IMG/VR virus record: IMGVR_UViG_3300020371_000002
Direction: 5' to 3' (one strand)
Source: a virus
Taxonomy: Duplodnaviria > Caudoviricetes
DNA: 64,000 bases
Below, one piece after another: positions 36,087 to 45,772 of the stretch; positions within the stretch are counted from its first letter, which is position 1; the number at the start of each line of letters is the position of its first letter. The notes under the pieces are model-generated. The model saw nothing but the letters and a program-made list of their open reading frames with translations. It searched no databases and had not been told where the DNA came from. Made by a program: the position numbers and the translations under genes.

Positions 36087-36625
36087 TGATATAACTTAGA
36101 TTGTACTGCGTCTTTGATAGAATTGTAATCTGCTGAGTTTCCGTAGTCGTCATCTACACTGAATACTTCATCATATCCAGATCTCTCGATAATCTTTGTT
36201 CTAATCTCCATCTGCTTTTTCTCTTTCTGAATACGTCTCAGAAATGCATAATGGATAATCTGTGTAAAATAAGCAAAAGGATTGTTTGACTTTTCAGGGT
36301 CAAAGTTTTTAATATACTGAATACAGTTCTCAATGCCGTCAGACACCATGTCTTCACGGTACATGTAATTTACGAAGTTTGGTTTGTATGCAAGGTGGTT
36401 GCCGATTTTAGAGAAACAACTTCCAAGATACTCATAACATCTATTAAACTTCTTAGCAGTAACGCGATCTCTATGTTCTTTGAAATACTTGATTGATACA
36501 CGATGATTTTCGTGACCCAGTTTTTCACCGTCTTTGAAATAATCACGCAGTTCAATAACTGCGGCCAAAAACTGTTTGTTATTTACATAGTGTTCCGATC
36601 GCTTCCTTGTTGATCTAATTGCCAT
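36083..36625 (-). CDS. gp55: late-transcription sigma factor (T4 gp55-like)
   Basis: EHYVNNKQFL, KPNFVNYMYREDMVSDGIENC, NPFAYFTQIIHYAFLRRI; start MAIRST. Confidence 0.95.
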   Translation of the reverse strand: MAIRSTRKRSEHYVNNKQFLAAVIELRDYFKDGEKLGHENHRVSIKYFKEHRDRVTAKKFNRCYEYLGSCFSKIGNHLAYKPNFVNYMYREDMVSDGIENCIQYIKNFDPEKSNNPFAYFTQIIHYAFLRRIQKEKKQMEIRTKIIERSGYDEVFSVDDDYGNSADYNSIKDAVQSKLYQ

Positions 36626-36666
36626 GTCATAATTTCCTTTTGCGTGGAACTGATTCCGTTGTATAA

Positions 36667-36695
36667 AGTATATCATAAAACCTTATGCTTGACAA
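36667..36695 (-). promoter_or_regulatory. sigma70-like promoter for gp55
   Basis: TTGTCA-N17-TATACT. Confidence 0.7.
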
Positions 36696-36732
36696 GGTTC
36701 CGAATACTGTGTACAATAACTCTGTCAGAGTT
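36689..36732 (+). promoter_or_regulatory. plus-strand (antisense) sigma70-like promoter with downstream inverted repeat
   Basis: TTGACA-N17-TACAAT with TG extension, followed by AACTCTG-T-CAGAGTT. Confidence 0.65.
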
Positions 36733-37141
36733 CAGAATCAGTAGAAGCTTTATTATTATATATCTTCTCCAAGAGAAGCCTTGCGTTGGATACCGAATCT
36801 AGGTATCCCATTTTTTTGGTTACTTTAGTTTTACCTTGACCTTTCTGTCTTTGTCTTAGGAACTTTCTGTACGCACGAACCATATCACCGTTGTCATCTG
36901 CTTCTAATACAGTAATGACTTTTTCCATATCAATGACGATCATTGCATCGCCTTGACTTTTAATCCATGGATCAATCTTTACACCTTCAATACCATTAGT
37001 ATTTAAAGAGACGGTCTGCACTTGTACAGGTTCACTAAGCAAAAGAAGAGTACGGCCATTTTCTTGCGTGGGGAGAATCTCTGCGAAAATCTCTTCCCCC
37101 GATACTAGTTTAATTGTTCCGTAGAATTCTTCTTCAAGCAT
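36725..37141 (-). CDS. conserved hypothetical protein downstream of uvsW, Sm/SH3-like
   Basis: FYGTIKLVSGEEIFAEI...IDPWIK. Confidence 0.8.
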   Translation of the reverse strand: MLEEEFYGTIKLVSGEEIFAEILPTQENGRTLLLLSEPVQVQTVSLNTNGIEGVKIDPWIKSQGDAMIVIDMEKVITVLEADDNGDMVRAYRKFLRQRQKGQGKTKVTKKMGYLDSVSNARLLLEKIYNNKASTDSEL

Positions 37142-37143
37142 AG

Positions 37144-38607
37144 TTACTCTTTGAGTTTTATTTGTGTGAATTCATAATTGAAGTTTTCTTCATTGTAGAT
37201 TTTTACCCTCTCTATGAGGTGATTAAGCGTGTAGTTCTTACGATGCTTAAATGTGATGTCATCTGCGACATCATATAATACTGCCTTTGACTTGTTGTTT
37301 CCTTTCCTCAGGACTCTTCCTATGGACTGCAAGTTTCTAATCCTAGATTTACTTGGAGAGGCGAAAACAACATTGTGTAAATTTCTAATGTTTACGCCTG
37401 TGGAAAAAGTTCCGTATGATGCGATGATAATTGCATTCGATTCTGTGTCTACGATCTCCCGAACTTGTTCTCGTTCGGAAGCATCAACTCCTCCATGGAC
37501 GAAAAATACTCTTCGACCATCTTCAACAGCATTATTTATCAATTCATAAAGCACCTGTCCATGAGTTTCTACTCTGCTGTATAAAATGAGAGTATTGCCT
37601 TTAAGGTGCAATGATAGGTTTTTGATGAAATTGTTTCTCTTGGAATGACTGATTAGATATTGAATTTCATCTTCATAGGTCTCAAATTCTCGCGGGTTGT
37701 GTTTGAGTAAAAGAATTTTGATATCCAGTTTGGATAGATGCCCTCTTTGAATTAGTTCTGATGTCTGTGTGATCTTGTAACTTGGACCAAACAAACCTTC
37801 TAGAACCCACTTGTGAGTTTGAGATCCGTCAAGCGTTCCAGTAAATCCATATCTATATTTGGTATCTCTGAGTTTACTCATGATCCCAACCAGAGATTTG
37901 GATTTGAATTGATGTGCTTCGTCTCCAATGACTACATCATAGTTTGCAAAGAATTTTTTATCTAACTTGTAGATGGATTGCCAAGTTGTAATCGTTACTG
38001 TCCTTGGATCAAACTTCTCTTTACCAGAGTAAATCATATGGCAATAGTTTTCTGCATCCCAACCATAATCAATGAAATCCTTGTACATCTGTTCCACTAG
38101 GGAAGTTGTGGGAACTACAAGAAGAATTTGTTTTTTCTGTTCTGTGAAATATCTAACAATCGAATAGATCATCAAAGATTTGCCTGATGCAGTAGGCGAA
38201 ATCAATAATCTACGATTGTATTTCAATGCATCATAAACTCCATCAATTTGATAATCTCGGGGTTTATGTTTTGAGATACTGGTGATATAATCTTTGACTC
38301 CTTCTTTCGAGATGCCATCATTCTTTTCAAAAGGAGTTCCGTAAAACTTACTGTCTCGGAAACTTACTGTGTAATCTGATTTTTTTGCCCATGAAACAAT
38401 CTTGTCTAAGAGACCGACATAGATCTCTCCCGTAGCAGTAGAGTAAAGACGGATCTTACCGTCCCAATACTTACTACGATATTGAGGCATGAACTTTGCA
38501 CCTGGAACGTCAAACGTAAAATAGTCTGCAAGTTCTTGGTTGATGTATGGTTCAGCTTCAACTGTGAGAAAAACTTCGTTCTTCTTAGTAATAACAAGAT
38601 CAGTCAT
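37144..38607 (-). CDS. uvsW: DNA helicase UvsW
   Basis: SPTASGKS, GDEAH, GFTGTL, QSIGRVLR; start MTDLVI. Confidence 0.96.
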   Translation of the reverse strand: MTDLVITKKNEVFLTVEAEPYINQELADYFTFDVPGAKFMPQYRSKYWDGKIRLYSTATGEIYVGLLDKIVSWAKKSDYTVSFRDSKFYGTPFEKNDGISKEGVKDYITSISKHKPRDYQIDGVYDALKYNRRLLISPTASGKSLMIYSIVRYFTEQKKQILLVVPTTSLVEQMYKDFIDYGWDAENYCHMIYSGKEKFDPRTVTITTWQSIYKLDKKFFANYDVVIGDEAHQFKSKSLVGIMSKLRDTKYRYGFTGTLDGSQTHKWVLEGLFGPSYKITQTSELIQRGHLSKLDIKILLLKHNPREFETYEDEIQYLISHSKRNNFIKNLSLHLKGNTLILYSRVETHGQVLYELINNAVEDGRRVFFVHGGVDASEREQVREIVDTESNAIIIASYGTFSTGVNIRNLHNVVFASPSKSRIRNLQSIGRVLRKGNNKSKAVLYDVADDITFKHRKNYTLNHLIERVKIYNEENFNYEFTQIKLKE

Positions 38608-39034
38608 AACCGCGAATAAACCTCTGCCATTCAATAGAGTTCTTAATCTGATACGTTCGATTAAGAATGGTTTTTAATATACTGTCAAGATAATTGAGCA
38701 TCATTGTGTGATACTCAACCTTTGTTACACATCTGATAAGTTCTTCATCAGCATCAAGATACTTATCTAGATCTGCCTTTAATACTTTGTAGTTAAATGG
38801 GTTTTCTGCGTATACTTCTGGTGCAGATTTACCAGAGTAATATTCCCATTTTTCTTTTCTTAAAATTTTGAATTTGTTTTCCTGTGCCTTCTTAAGAGTT
38901 AGGACGTTGTTGTAGATCCTGTAATATTTGGCGTGGAGAACTGGAATTTTTGTGGATTCTAGATGCAGGTCATCGTTATCAATTTTTGCATCTTCTTCCC
39001 ATAACGATTGGATTTCATCAAGTGTCATCGTCAA
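38600..39034 (-). CDS. uvsY: recombination mediator UvsY
   Basis: LHAKYY, KWEYYSGK, YQIKNSIEWQRF; synteny. Confidence 0.92.
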   Translation of the reverse strand: MTMTLDEIQSLWEEDAKIDNDDLHLESTKIPVLHAKYYRIYNNVLTLKKAQENKFKILRKEKWEYYSGKSAPEVYAENPFNYKVLKADLDKYLDADEELIRCVTKVEYHTMMLNYLDSILKTILNRTYQIKNSIEWQRFIRGYD

Positions 39035-39557
39035 TTAAACTTACAATGTCAAAGATCGTATACTTAAATGTAGCTTCCGCCACAATATAATTTATATCAG
39101 TATTTTGAGCGTCAAATTCAATCTGAGTTAGATCTGTAGGGAACATGTCTTTGAAACTGACTCTCGCAATAGCATTCATATTACTATTGAAAATAACAAG
39201 ACCTCCATCAGAAAATGATTCAACTCCCAGTGGAGATGCTTCATCTAGATCTTCTGGAAAACCAAGACTTCTCATCCAATCGTGAATCTCAAGATAGTTC
39301 CTTAAATTTTCATCTACCAAGAATTTGATTGAGAAATCGTTGTACACTAACTTATCGCCAGGTACAGGAATATCTTTCAGATAAGTTGACTGAACTGCAA
39401 CTCCGAGATTAATGGAAGGGATATTGGCAGACTGTGAGAAAAAGTCAACAGTAGGTGCCTTTCTAAGATTGAACTTAAATCCAACGGGGGATAAGAAGTT
39501 TCTATTTCTAAGTTGTCTATCCCAGGCAGTTAATCTACCTTCACCAGTGGTTGCCAT
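39018..39557 (-). CDS. gp3: tail tube terminator (T4 gp3-like)
   Basis: NRNFLSPVGFKF, FFSQSANIPSINLG, NYLEIHDWM; synteny after gp23. Confidence 0.88.
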   Translation of the reverse strand: MATTGEGRLTAWDRQLRNRNFLSPVGFKFNLRKAPTVDFFSQSANIPSINLGVAVQSTYLKDIPVPGDKLVYNDFSIKFLVDENLRNYLEIHDWMRSLGFPEDLDEASPLGVESFSDGGLVIFNSNMNAIARVSFKDMFPTDLTQIEFDAQNTDINYIVAEATFKYTIFDIVSLIDDDT

Positions 39558-39575
39558 GGTTATCTCGTTTTTAAG

Positions 39576-39581
39576 TATTTA
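39576..39581 (-). promoter_or_regulatory. late promoter TAAATA for gp3
   Basis: Immediately after the gp23 terminator. Confidence 0.7.
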
Positions 39582-39584
39582 GAC

Positions 39585-39609
39585 AAAAAAAAGGACCCTT
39601 GCGGGTCCC
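39585..39609 (-). terminator. rho-independent terminator after gp23
   Basis: GGACCC-GCAA-GGGTCC followed by a T8 tract. Confidence 0.9.
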
Positions 39610-39635
39610 TTTGAAAGAATCGTGAATCCGATGGA

Positions 39636-41027
39636 TCACATGAGGTTTTGAACCTTGACTCTTCTGTAGTAACGGTTGGTGTTTGCACGAAGGCGACCAA
39701 GACCTTGATCGGTTCCTTCTGCGAATGGGTTCGCTACGATACCGTAACGAGTCTTGAAGCCAATCTTTGGCTGGAAGGTGTCCTGACCAACGGCGCGAAC
39801 CATCTGGAGAGGAACGTAAGGGCAGTAGAACAGACCTGCGTCGTAAGGAGAAGAACCTTTGTAACCGACAACGTAGTATTGATCTGCAGCGTTGTTTGCA
39901 GCAAATGGGTCAATGTAGACCTTGAACTTACCAGCAAGTGTACCAGCGAAGGTGTTGCCAGTGTCATCAACGTTGAGGTTAGCGTTGAGTGCAGGAGTGT
40001 AGTCGAGGAGACCAGCCATTGTGAGTGCGGAAGCAACGTCTGCGGAACACAGAATTGTGTTGCCCTTCCCTCTACGAGTTCTTTGTGCAATCTGGTTCGC
40101 ATCTCTTTCGATCTGGAACAGAAGACCCTTGAACTTCTCAACAGACCAACGACCGTTGGAGTCAACGTCGAGGTCGAATGCACCTGCGGTAGCAGTGTTG
40201 AGTGTTGCACCCTGCTCAGCAATCTTGTAGATAGTTCTGATAACTTCGCGGTTGATCTCAGCAAGAATCTCAGTAGAGAGAATGTTTGCGAGTTCCGCTT
40301 CAGCGTTCAGACCGTGGATTGCCTTCAGGTCTTGTGCAAGCTCAAGGCTGTACTCAGCTTTCAGCGCTCTGGACTTTGCAGTCACAGTGACTTTCTCGAT
40401 CGAGAATGCCATTTCCTGGAAGTGGTTGTTAGCACCATCTCCAAGTGCCTCAGCCTCTCCAGTTGCCATACCCTGACCTACGTTGTAGGCAGAAGTTGTT
40501 GCGGATCCAACTGGGTTAAGAACTGCAGGGTTGGAACCAGACTGAGAGTCTGTACCGAAACCAGCAGCTACGTCGGTCATACCAGCAGTCAGGGACTGAT
40601 CGTCGTCCTGACCAGAGAATGCAGTATCAGGCTCATTGAACAGTGCCTCAGTACCACTCTGGTTGGTGTAGCGAGAACGCATCGCGAAGATGAGTCCAGT
40701 AGGTCCAGACATTGGCTGAACACCTGCGAGGTCATAAGCGACCAGGTTAGGCATTGCACGTCTGATCAGGGAGATCAGAACTGGGTCGAAACCAGCAACA
40801 GGACCACCTGCTGCAGAACCACCAGAGAAACCACCAGTACCAGCGGAGTTGGTTGGGGATGCTTCACCGAGGAACTCAGCGTTCTCGCGGAGCATTTGCT
40901 CTTGGTTCTCAAGCAGAGCAGCAGTTACGTTGCGTCTGTGGGAGTCTTGAATTTTGTCGATACCATCTGCATCGAGCAGTGGAGCCCACTTTTCAGTGAG
41001 TTGGTTATAATTGATTTGTTGTTGCAT
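39636..41027 (-). CDS. gp23: major capsid protein (T4 gp23-like)
   Basis: FDPVLISLIRR, VQPMSGPTGLIFAMR, SRALKAEYSLELAQDLKAIHG, FYCPYVPL. Confidence 0.98.
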   Translation of the reverse strand: MQQQINYNQLTEKWAPLLDADGIDKIQDSHRRNVTAALLENQEQMLRENAEFLGEASPTNSAGTGGFSGGSAAGGPVAGFDPVLISLIRRAMPNLVAYDLAGVQPMSGPTGLIFAMRSRYTNQSGTEALFNEPDTAFSGQDDDQSLTAGMTDVAAGFGTDSQSGSNPAVLNPVGSATTSAYNVGQGMATGEAEALGDGANNHFQEMAFSIEKVTVTAKSRALKAEYSLELAQDLKAIHGLNAEAELANILSTEILAEINREVIRTIYKIAEQGATLNTATAGAFDLDVDSNGRWSVEKFKGLLFQIERDANQIAQRTRRGKGNTILCSADVASALTMAGLLDYTPALNANLNVDDTGNTFAGTLAGKFKVYIDPFAANNAADQYYVVGYKGSSPYDAGLFYCPYVPLQMVRAVGQDTFQPKIGFKTRYGIVANPFAEGTDQGLGRLRANTNRYYRRVKVQNLM

Positions 41028-41059
41028 TGTAGCTTACCTTGTGTTTTAGTTTAAAAAAA

Positions 41060-42166
41060 TCACTTCTGTGCGTTGAGTGCCTGCAGGTAAGCAGCCATGG
41101 AATTGGATACATCTCCAACTTCTTGACTGGTCTCTTCAGTTAACTCTTCGGCTACAGTTTCTTTCGGAGTGCTGGACTTTTGGGCGAAATACGCTTCTTT
41201 AAGGGTTTCCAGTTTCTCGCGATAGCTTTCTTCACTTTCAAACTCAACACCTTCTGCAAGGGAAGCAAGCTTTTCCTTTTGGGAAACAGCCAATCCTTCT
41301 GCAACATTATTAATGATCGTTTGAGCAGTTGCGTCACCCAGTCTCTTATTCAGTGCGACGTTTCTCTCAATCTGCTCGTTGAGTTTTGTCTCCATTTCAT
41401 CAAGTTTGTCTACCATAGACTCAAGTACATCGTATCTATCTTCAGGGATATTTACATAATGTGCTTCAAAAAGCTCTTTCATGCCTTCGAGGAAACTCTC
41501 GGTCATTTGAGTCTTGATACCACGCTCAACAGCGATAGCATTTTCCTCTAACCATTCCTCTGCGACATACTCAAGGTAGGAGTCGGTACGCTCGGTGAGT
41601 TCAACCTTGATAGTTTCTACTTCCTCAACGAGTTTTTTGTCGTACTCTTCCTGCAGATTCTTAGATACTTCATCTACTCTAGCGTTCAAGGCAGCCTCGA
41701 AAACAATCTTAGCCTTTTCCTTGAACTCTTCAGAGAGTTCTTCGCCACTCAGGAGGGCATTTACGTCCTCTTCGATAGCAGCTTCAACATTGACATCCTC
41801 TTGTTCCTGCACGACTTCTTCTTCAGTAGTTTCTTCTTCTGAAATTGTATCCTCAGCTTTTGCTTCGGCTTCTTCGCCATAACCAGTCTTCTTCAGACCA
41901 GCTGGCATTGGTTCGGCAGGTTTTGCACCCTTGTTCACTACATCCTTAACCTGCTTAATAGTCTTTTCAGGCGTCTTAAGCTTGTTAGAATCGTCATCTG
42001 GCTTAGAGTTCTCAGGGGTAGGACCACCGAGATCTTCTACTGCACCGTTATCGGGTACATAATTTGGTGCCTTTGGCATTGGATCGCCAGGCTTGGCGCC
42101 AGAATTGACTGCGGTTTTGGATTGCTTAGTGCCTGCTTCCATTTCCTGTAAATCCCCACGAGACAT
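41060..42166 (-). CDS. gp22: prohead core scaffold protein (T4 gp22-like)
   Basis: SEEFKEKAKIVFEAA, YLEYVAEEWLEEN; acidic coiled coil; synteny. Confidence 0.93.
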   Translation of the reverse strand: MSRGDLQEMEAGTKQSKTAVNSGAKPGDPMPKAPNYVPDNGAVEDLGGPTPENSKPDDDSNKLKTPEKTIKQVKDVVNKGAKPAEPMPAGLKKTGYGEEAEAKAEDTISEEETTEEEVVQEQEDVNVEAAIEEDVNALLSGEELSEEFKEKAKIVFEAALNARVDEVSKNLQEEYDKKLVEEVETIKVELTERTDSYLEYVAEEWLEENAIAVERGIKTQMTESFLEGMKELFEAHYVNIPEDRYDVLESMVDKLDEMETKLNEQIERNVALNKRLGDATAQTIINNVAEGLAVSQKEKLASLAEGVEFESEESYREKLETLKEAYFAQKSSTPKETVAEELTEETSQEVGDVSNSMAAYLQALNAQK

Positions 42167-42210
42167 TTGAACTCTCCTTTTAATCTGTTGTAGATATCGT
42201 AATCTATATT

Positions 42211-42218
42211 TATTTATA
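42211..42218 (-). promoter_or_regulatory. late promoter TATAAATA for gp22
   Basis: Perfect consensus. Confidence 0.85.
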
Positions 42219-42220
42219 AA

Positions 42221-42952
42221 TCAGAGATTTGACAGGAAGGACTGGAACAACTCCAGTTTCTTCTCATCAAGTCTTCCTTGATCCACTAAGTTATTTATAG
42301 TTTGCTTAGTTTCTTCGATCTTTTCCTCTACTTTAGCTTCAACTACAGCAGGGGTTTCGATCACTGCAACTGGTTCAACAGGTGCAGATTCGGTGAATGT
42401 GTTGCGTGCTTTGAGGATTCCAGCATCCCAAATCCACTCTACACCTTCCATGATTCCGTTTACGAAAGCATCTGGGGCAGAGGGATCTGCAACAATGTCA
42501 GCAGCAGTTGCTAACATGAAGTCCTCTCCAACAACTTTATAGCCTTCCTGTGTGTCACGAAGACTACCCATACCTCTTGAAGAAACTCCAAGAGTTACAC
42601 CTTCGTCCAATAAGGACTTTGCAATAACACCCATAGGAGTGTCGAGCAGTTTTGCTTTACCTACAAAATTAGAACCCTCTCTTACAAGAGATGTAATCTT
42701 GTGGGAAACTCTATCTAGATTAACAGTAGGTCCCTCAGGGTGACCAAGTTCACCAAGAGCGCGTCCCTTAGAAATGAAAGACTCGGTATATCTGTTTACT
42801 TCTTTTTCAAGAATTTCAACAGGATACATACGATTATTTCTATTCTTCAGGTTTCCTTGCAGGAAGACACCCTCAATAAACATAGATTTCTTGCCGTCTT
42901 TTTCTTCGACAAGAATCTTACACTGTTCGATTTCTTCTGTGATGAGTTTCAT
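42221..42952 (-). CDS. gp21: prohead protease (T4 gp21-like)
   Basis: ALGELGHP, VSHKITSL, GVSSRGMGSL, DIVADPSAPDA. Confidence 0.96.
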   Translation of the reverse strand: MKLITEEIEQCKILVEEKDGKKSMFIEGVFLQGNLKNRNNRMYPVEILEKEVNRYTESFISKGRALGELGHPEGPTVNLDRVSHKITSLVREGSNFVGKAKLLDTPMGVIAKSLLDEGVTLGVSSRGMGSLRDTQEGYKVVGEDFMLATAADIVADPSAPDAFVNGIMEGVEWIWDAGILKARNTFTESAPVEPVAVIETPAVVEAKVEEKIEETKQTINNLVDQGRLDEKKLELFQSFLSNL

Positions 42953-42964
42953 TTTAAGTAAAGC

Positions 42965-43285
42965 TTAGTTTTCTTCTTCATCATCTGGAGTCTCTACTTC
43001 CGCAGTAGGACTTTCAATCTCTTCTTCCTCAGAAGAATCTGTTTCTACTTCATCAGTAGGTTGTTGATCTGCATCTACCTCAGCTTCTGCTTCGGGAGAT
43101 ACTTCGTCTGTTTCAGTAGGAGGTTCATCCAGATAAGGATTTGGTCCACCAAACATGGACGCAGTAACCGCAGGGGTAACAACATCAACATTGTCAGAAG
43201 CCTTCTTAGTCAAAAGGTCTTTGATCTTAGAATGAATATCTGTAGGAGACTCATTCCCAGCGACCATATTAATTAAATCATCCAT
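42965..43285 (-). CDS. acidic prohead core protein (gp67-like position)
   Basis: Very acidic C-terminal half; lies between portal and protease; TAAATA at 43308-43313. Confidence 0.7.
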   Translation of the reverse strand: MDDLINMVAGNESPTDIHSKIKDLLTKKASDNVDVVTPAVTASMFGGPNPYLDEPPTETDEVSPEAEAEVDADQQPTDEVETDSSEEEEIESPTAEVETPDDEEEN

Positions 43286-43321
43286 AATTATGTATTGGCT
43301 ACACGCCTATTTATCACTTTA

Positions 43322-44989
43322 TTAGATTTCCCCACCCTGAGGCATTTCAGGAGCCTCTGTGGCACTACCATCTAGCTCAGGTTCTGTGACTGGTTGTCCC
43401 ATATCCATTCCCATTGCTGCACCCATTTCTGCTTGTTGTGCAACTACTGGGTCCATGATAGTTCCGTCTTTAATCTCCTTTTCAATTTCCTTATCCATTT
43501 CCTCAATTTCAGTATCAGTGAACTTGAGAATATTTCTTCTAACATAACCTGCAGAGAAATACTTTCCAAGATAAGGTTCAACGGCGCCGACGACGGCTAA
43601 CCTTTCATTCATCAACTCAGTTTCTTTGAGTTCAGAGAAATGATTATCATAAACGAAATCGTATTGAATGTGATCCTTCAAAGTTTCCCAATCTTCAGGA
43701 GAAACAATGTTCTTAAGAATCAACTGAGTTTTCAACATATCATTGAAGACTCCAGAGAATCTCTTTCTCATTCTCCCTACAAACTTAGTAAACTTGATTT
43801 CGTCTCTAAGAATTTCGGAAGAACGACCAAGGTTGAAACCCTCTCCAGATCCAGCAATACGAGACTCTGGAACACCAAGAGCTCTGTATAGTTTCTTCTG
43901 GAAATACTCGATGTCAGACAGTTCACCTAAGTTCTGTCCGCCAGGAAGAGTAGTGATTTCTGTTCCGCGACCACCTTCACGACGAGGGAGCCAGAAATCT
44001 TCAAGCATACTCATATGCTTGCGGTCATCCTTAATCTCTCCTGTCGATGCGTTATAAACCAGTTTGTTACGATAACGGTTCATAACATCACGCAGGTATT
44101 GTTCTGCTTTAATTTTTGGCAGATTACCAACGTCAATATAAAAGATTCTTCTTTCAGGAGCTCGCGATAGTCTGTAGATAACCAAAGAATCCTCAATCAT
44201 TCTAAGTTGATTGAGTGCCTTGATAGACTTATGCAAGTATGAAAGAACAGTCTGTTTATTTCTATCAACTAGGCCAGAGTGGCAGAAGGTAATTGAATCG
44301 GGTGCAATCTTGACTTTCGCCATTTGGTCTTTAAAGGCTGGTTGACCAATAGCACCAAGATTGTTTTTAGCCTGACCGACTTGTGGATCATACAGGTAAT
44401 ACTCATCAATCTGTGGAGTTTCCACAGTCTCAGCACCAATTCTTTTGATTACTGAGTTAAGACTCTTATCCTTGTTTTTAAGTTTACGAACAAACTTAAT
44501 TTTGAGTGGATCGATATATCTTACTTCTTTGAGACCGTCTTCTGGTTTGTTGATATCAATTACCTTGTGGTAAAAGACTCGCCCATCCACATACCAGTTT
44601 CTTAGAATCTCGTGACACTTTCTATCAAAGTCTAGTAACTCTTTGACTTTGGTAAATTCTGCCCTAATTAATTTCTTTAAAGAATCCGACCCAGGGACGT
44701 TCTCCAAGTCAATCTGGACTGGAGAATCGTTTTGGTCGGATACAATTGCTTCGTTTATAATATCTTCAATGGCGCTATCCACTTCTGGATGAAGCGCCAT
44801 CTCTCTATAACGTTTGATGAGATCAGCTTCGGACTTATAAACTCCGTCGATGTCTACATACTGACCGTAAAAGCCACTTGATACATAATAGTCCGAAGAG
44901 TCCTCATCAGTTCTAGGTACTGGAGATACAATCCCCTTGGAGTTATCCTTAGACTCGTCCTCTATTTTGAAACCAAATAATTTAGCCAT
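43322..44989 (-). CDS. gp20: portal protein (T4 gp20-like)
   Basis: WYVDGR, IYRLSRAPERRIFYIDVGNLP, EDFWLPRREGGRGTEITTLPGG; TAAATA at 45019-45024. Confidence 0.98.
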   Translation of the reverse strand: MAKLFGFKIEDESKDNSKGIVSPVPRTDEDSSDYYVSSGFYGQYVDIDGVYKSEADLIKRYREMALHPEVDSAIEDIINEAIVSDQNDSPVQIDLENVPGSDSLKKLIRAEFTKVKELLDFDRKCHEILRNWYVDGRVFYHKVIDINKPEDGLKEVRYIDPLKIKFVRKLKNKDKSLNSVIKRIGAETVETPQIDEYYLYDPQVGQAKNNLGAIGQPAFKDQMAKVKIAPDSITFCHSGLVDRNKQTVLSYLHKSIKALNQLRMIEDSLVIYRLSRAPERRIFYIDVGNLPKIKAEQYLRDVMNRYRNKLVYNASTGEIKDDRKHMSMLEDFWLPRREGGRGTEITTLPGGQNLGELSDIEYFQKKLYRALGVPESRIAGSGEGFNLGRSSEILRDEIKFTKFVGRMRKRFSGVFNDMLKTQLILKNIVSPEDWETLKDHIQYDFVYDNHFSELKETELMNERLAVVGAVEPYLGKYFSAGYVRRNILKFTDTEIEEMDKEIEKEIKDGTIMDPVVAQQAEMGAAMGMDMGQPVTEPELDGSATEAPEMPQGGEI

Positions 44990-45042
44990 GAATCAAGTAA
45001 TATGGGCTGTTACCCATCTATTTATCAACTCAGAGTTGGACC

Positions 45043-45732
45043 TCAAAGTTGAGTGTTTTGTACCACTTCTTCTTCAGATTTAAGAATAGTCTTGCCCTCA
45101 GTGTCAAGAGCATCCCACCATTGAACTTGAAGATCTACAGTAAACTCTTCGATAGTATCGGAGTTATCGTAGGAAACTTCAATTGCACCAACATTAGTTG
45201 GGAACACACCATGGAAAAGATATGACTTGAGAACAGGAACATTTGAACCCGCTTTAATGGGTGCATTTCCTGGACCAGGTTGAGCAACATTTGTACTCTT
45301 GATAGTATTTCTACCGAGTTGATGAACTCTAGCATCACACTGATATTGTGCTGGATTGATGTAACCAGTAGCATTGTCATGCTTATTGATTCCATTCATC
45401 CATCTCTCAAATGCATTTCTGATACCGAAATCGATATCATTGATAACAGTGATTGTCCAGACATCGAATGTTCTGTCACCAGCAATCTTGAGATTTCTTC
45501 CTCTGAAAGGAACCTCGATTACATTGATGTTAGAAGCAGGAAGGTTAGCAGCCTTAACTAAGAACCTTGAATTGTCGAGCATTTTAGTGTCCGAGCCCCC
45601 TTCCACGAAGGAAGGGAACTGGAGCTCGACCTCGAACATATTGGGTCTCGCAGCACCACCGATCAATTTCGATTTGAAATCCTCAATGGTTCTCTGGGAG
45701 ATCTGGGGATGATTTTTTGAAAAGTTAGCCAT
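45043..45732 (-). CDS. gp19: tail tube protein (T4 gp19-like)
   Basis: GGAARPNMFEV, KIAGDRTFDVWTITV, IEEFTVDLQVQWW. Confidence 0.95.
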   Translation of the reverse strand: MANFSKNHPQISQRTIEDFKSKLIGGAARPNMFEVELQFPSFVEGGSDTKMLDNSRFLVKAANLPASNINVIEVPFRGRNLKIAGDRTFDVWTITVINDIDFGIRNAFERWMNGINKHDNATGYINPAQYQCDARVHQLGRNTIKSTNVAQPGPGNAPIKAGSNVPVLKSYLFHGVFPTNVGAIEVSYDNSDTIEEFTVDLQVQWWDALDTEGKTILKSEEEVVQNTQL

Positions 45733-45772
45733 CGTTAATGAGACCTCTAGTGGATTTTGTTAAACTAATTGA

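Noticed and set aside
39648-41054. 468-aa plus-strand ORF spanning gp23
   Set aside because: Exact antisense shadow of the highly codon-biased major capsid gene; no recognisable motifs, SD or promoter
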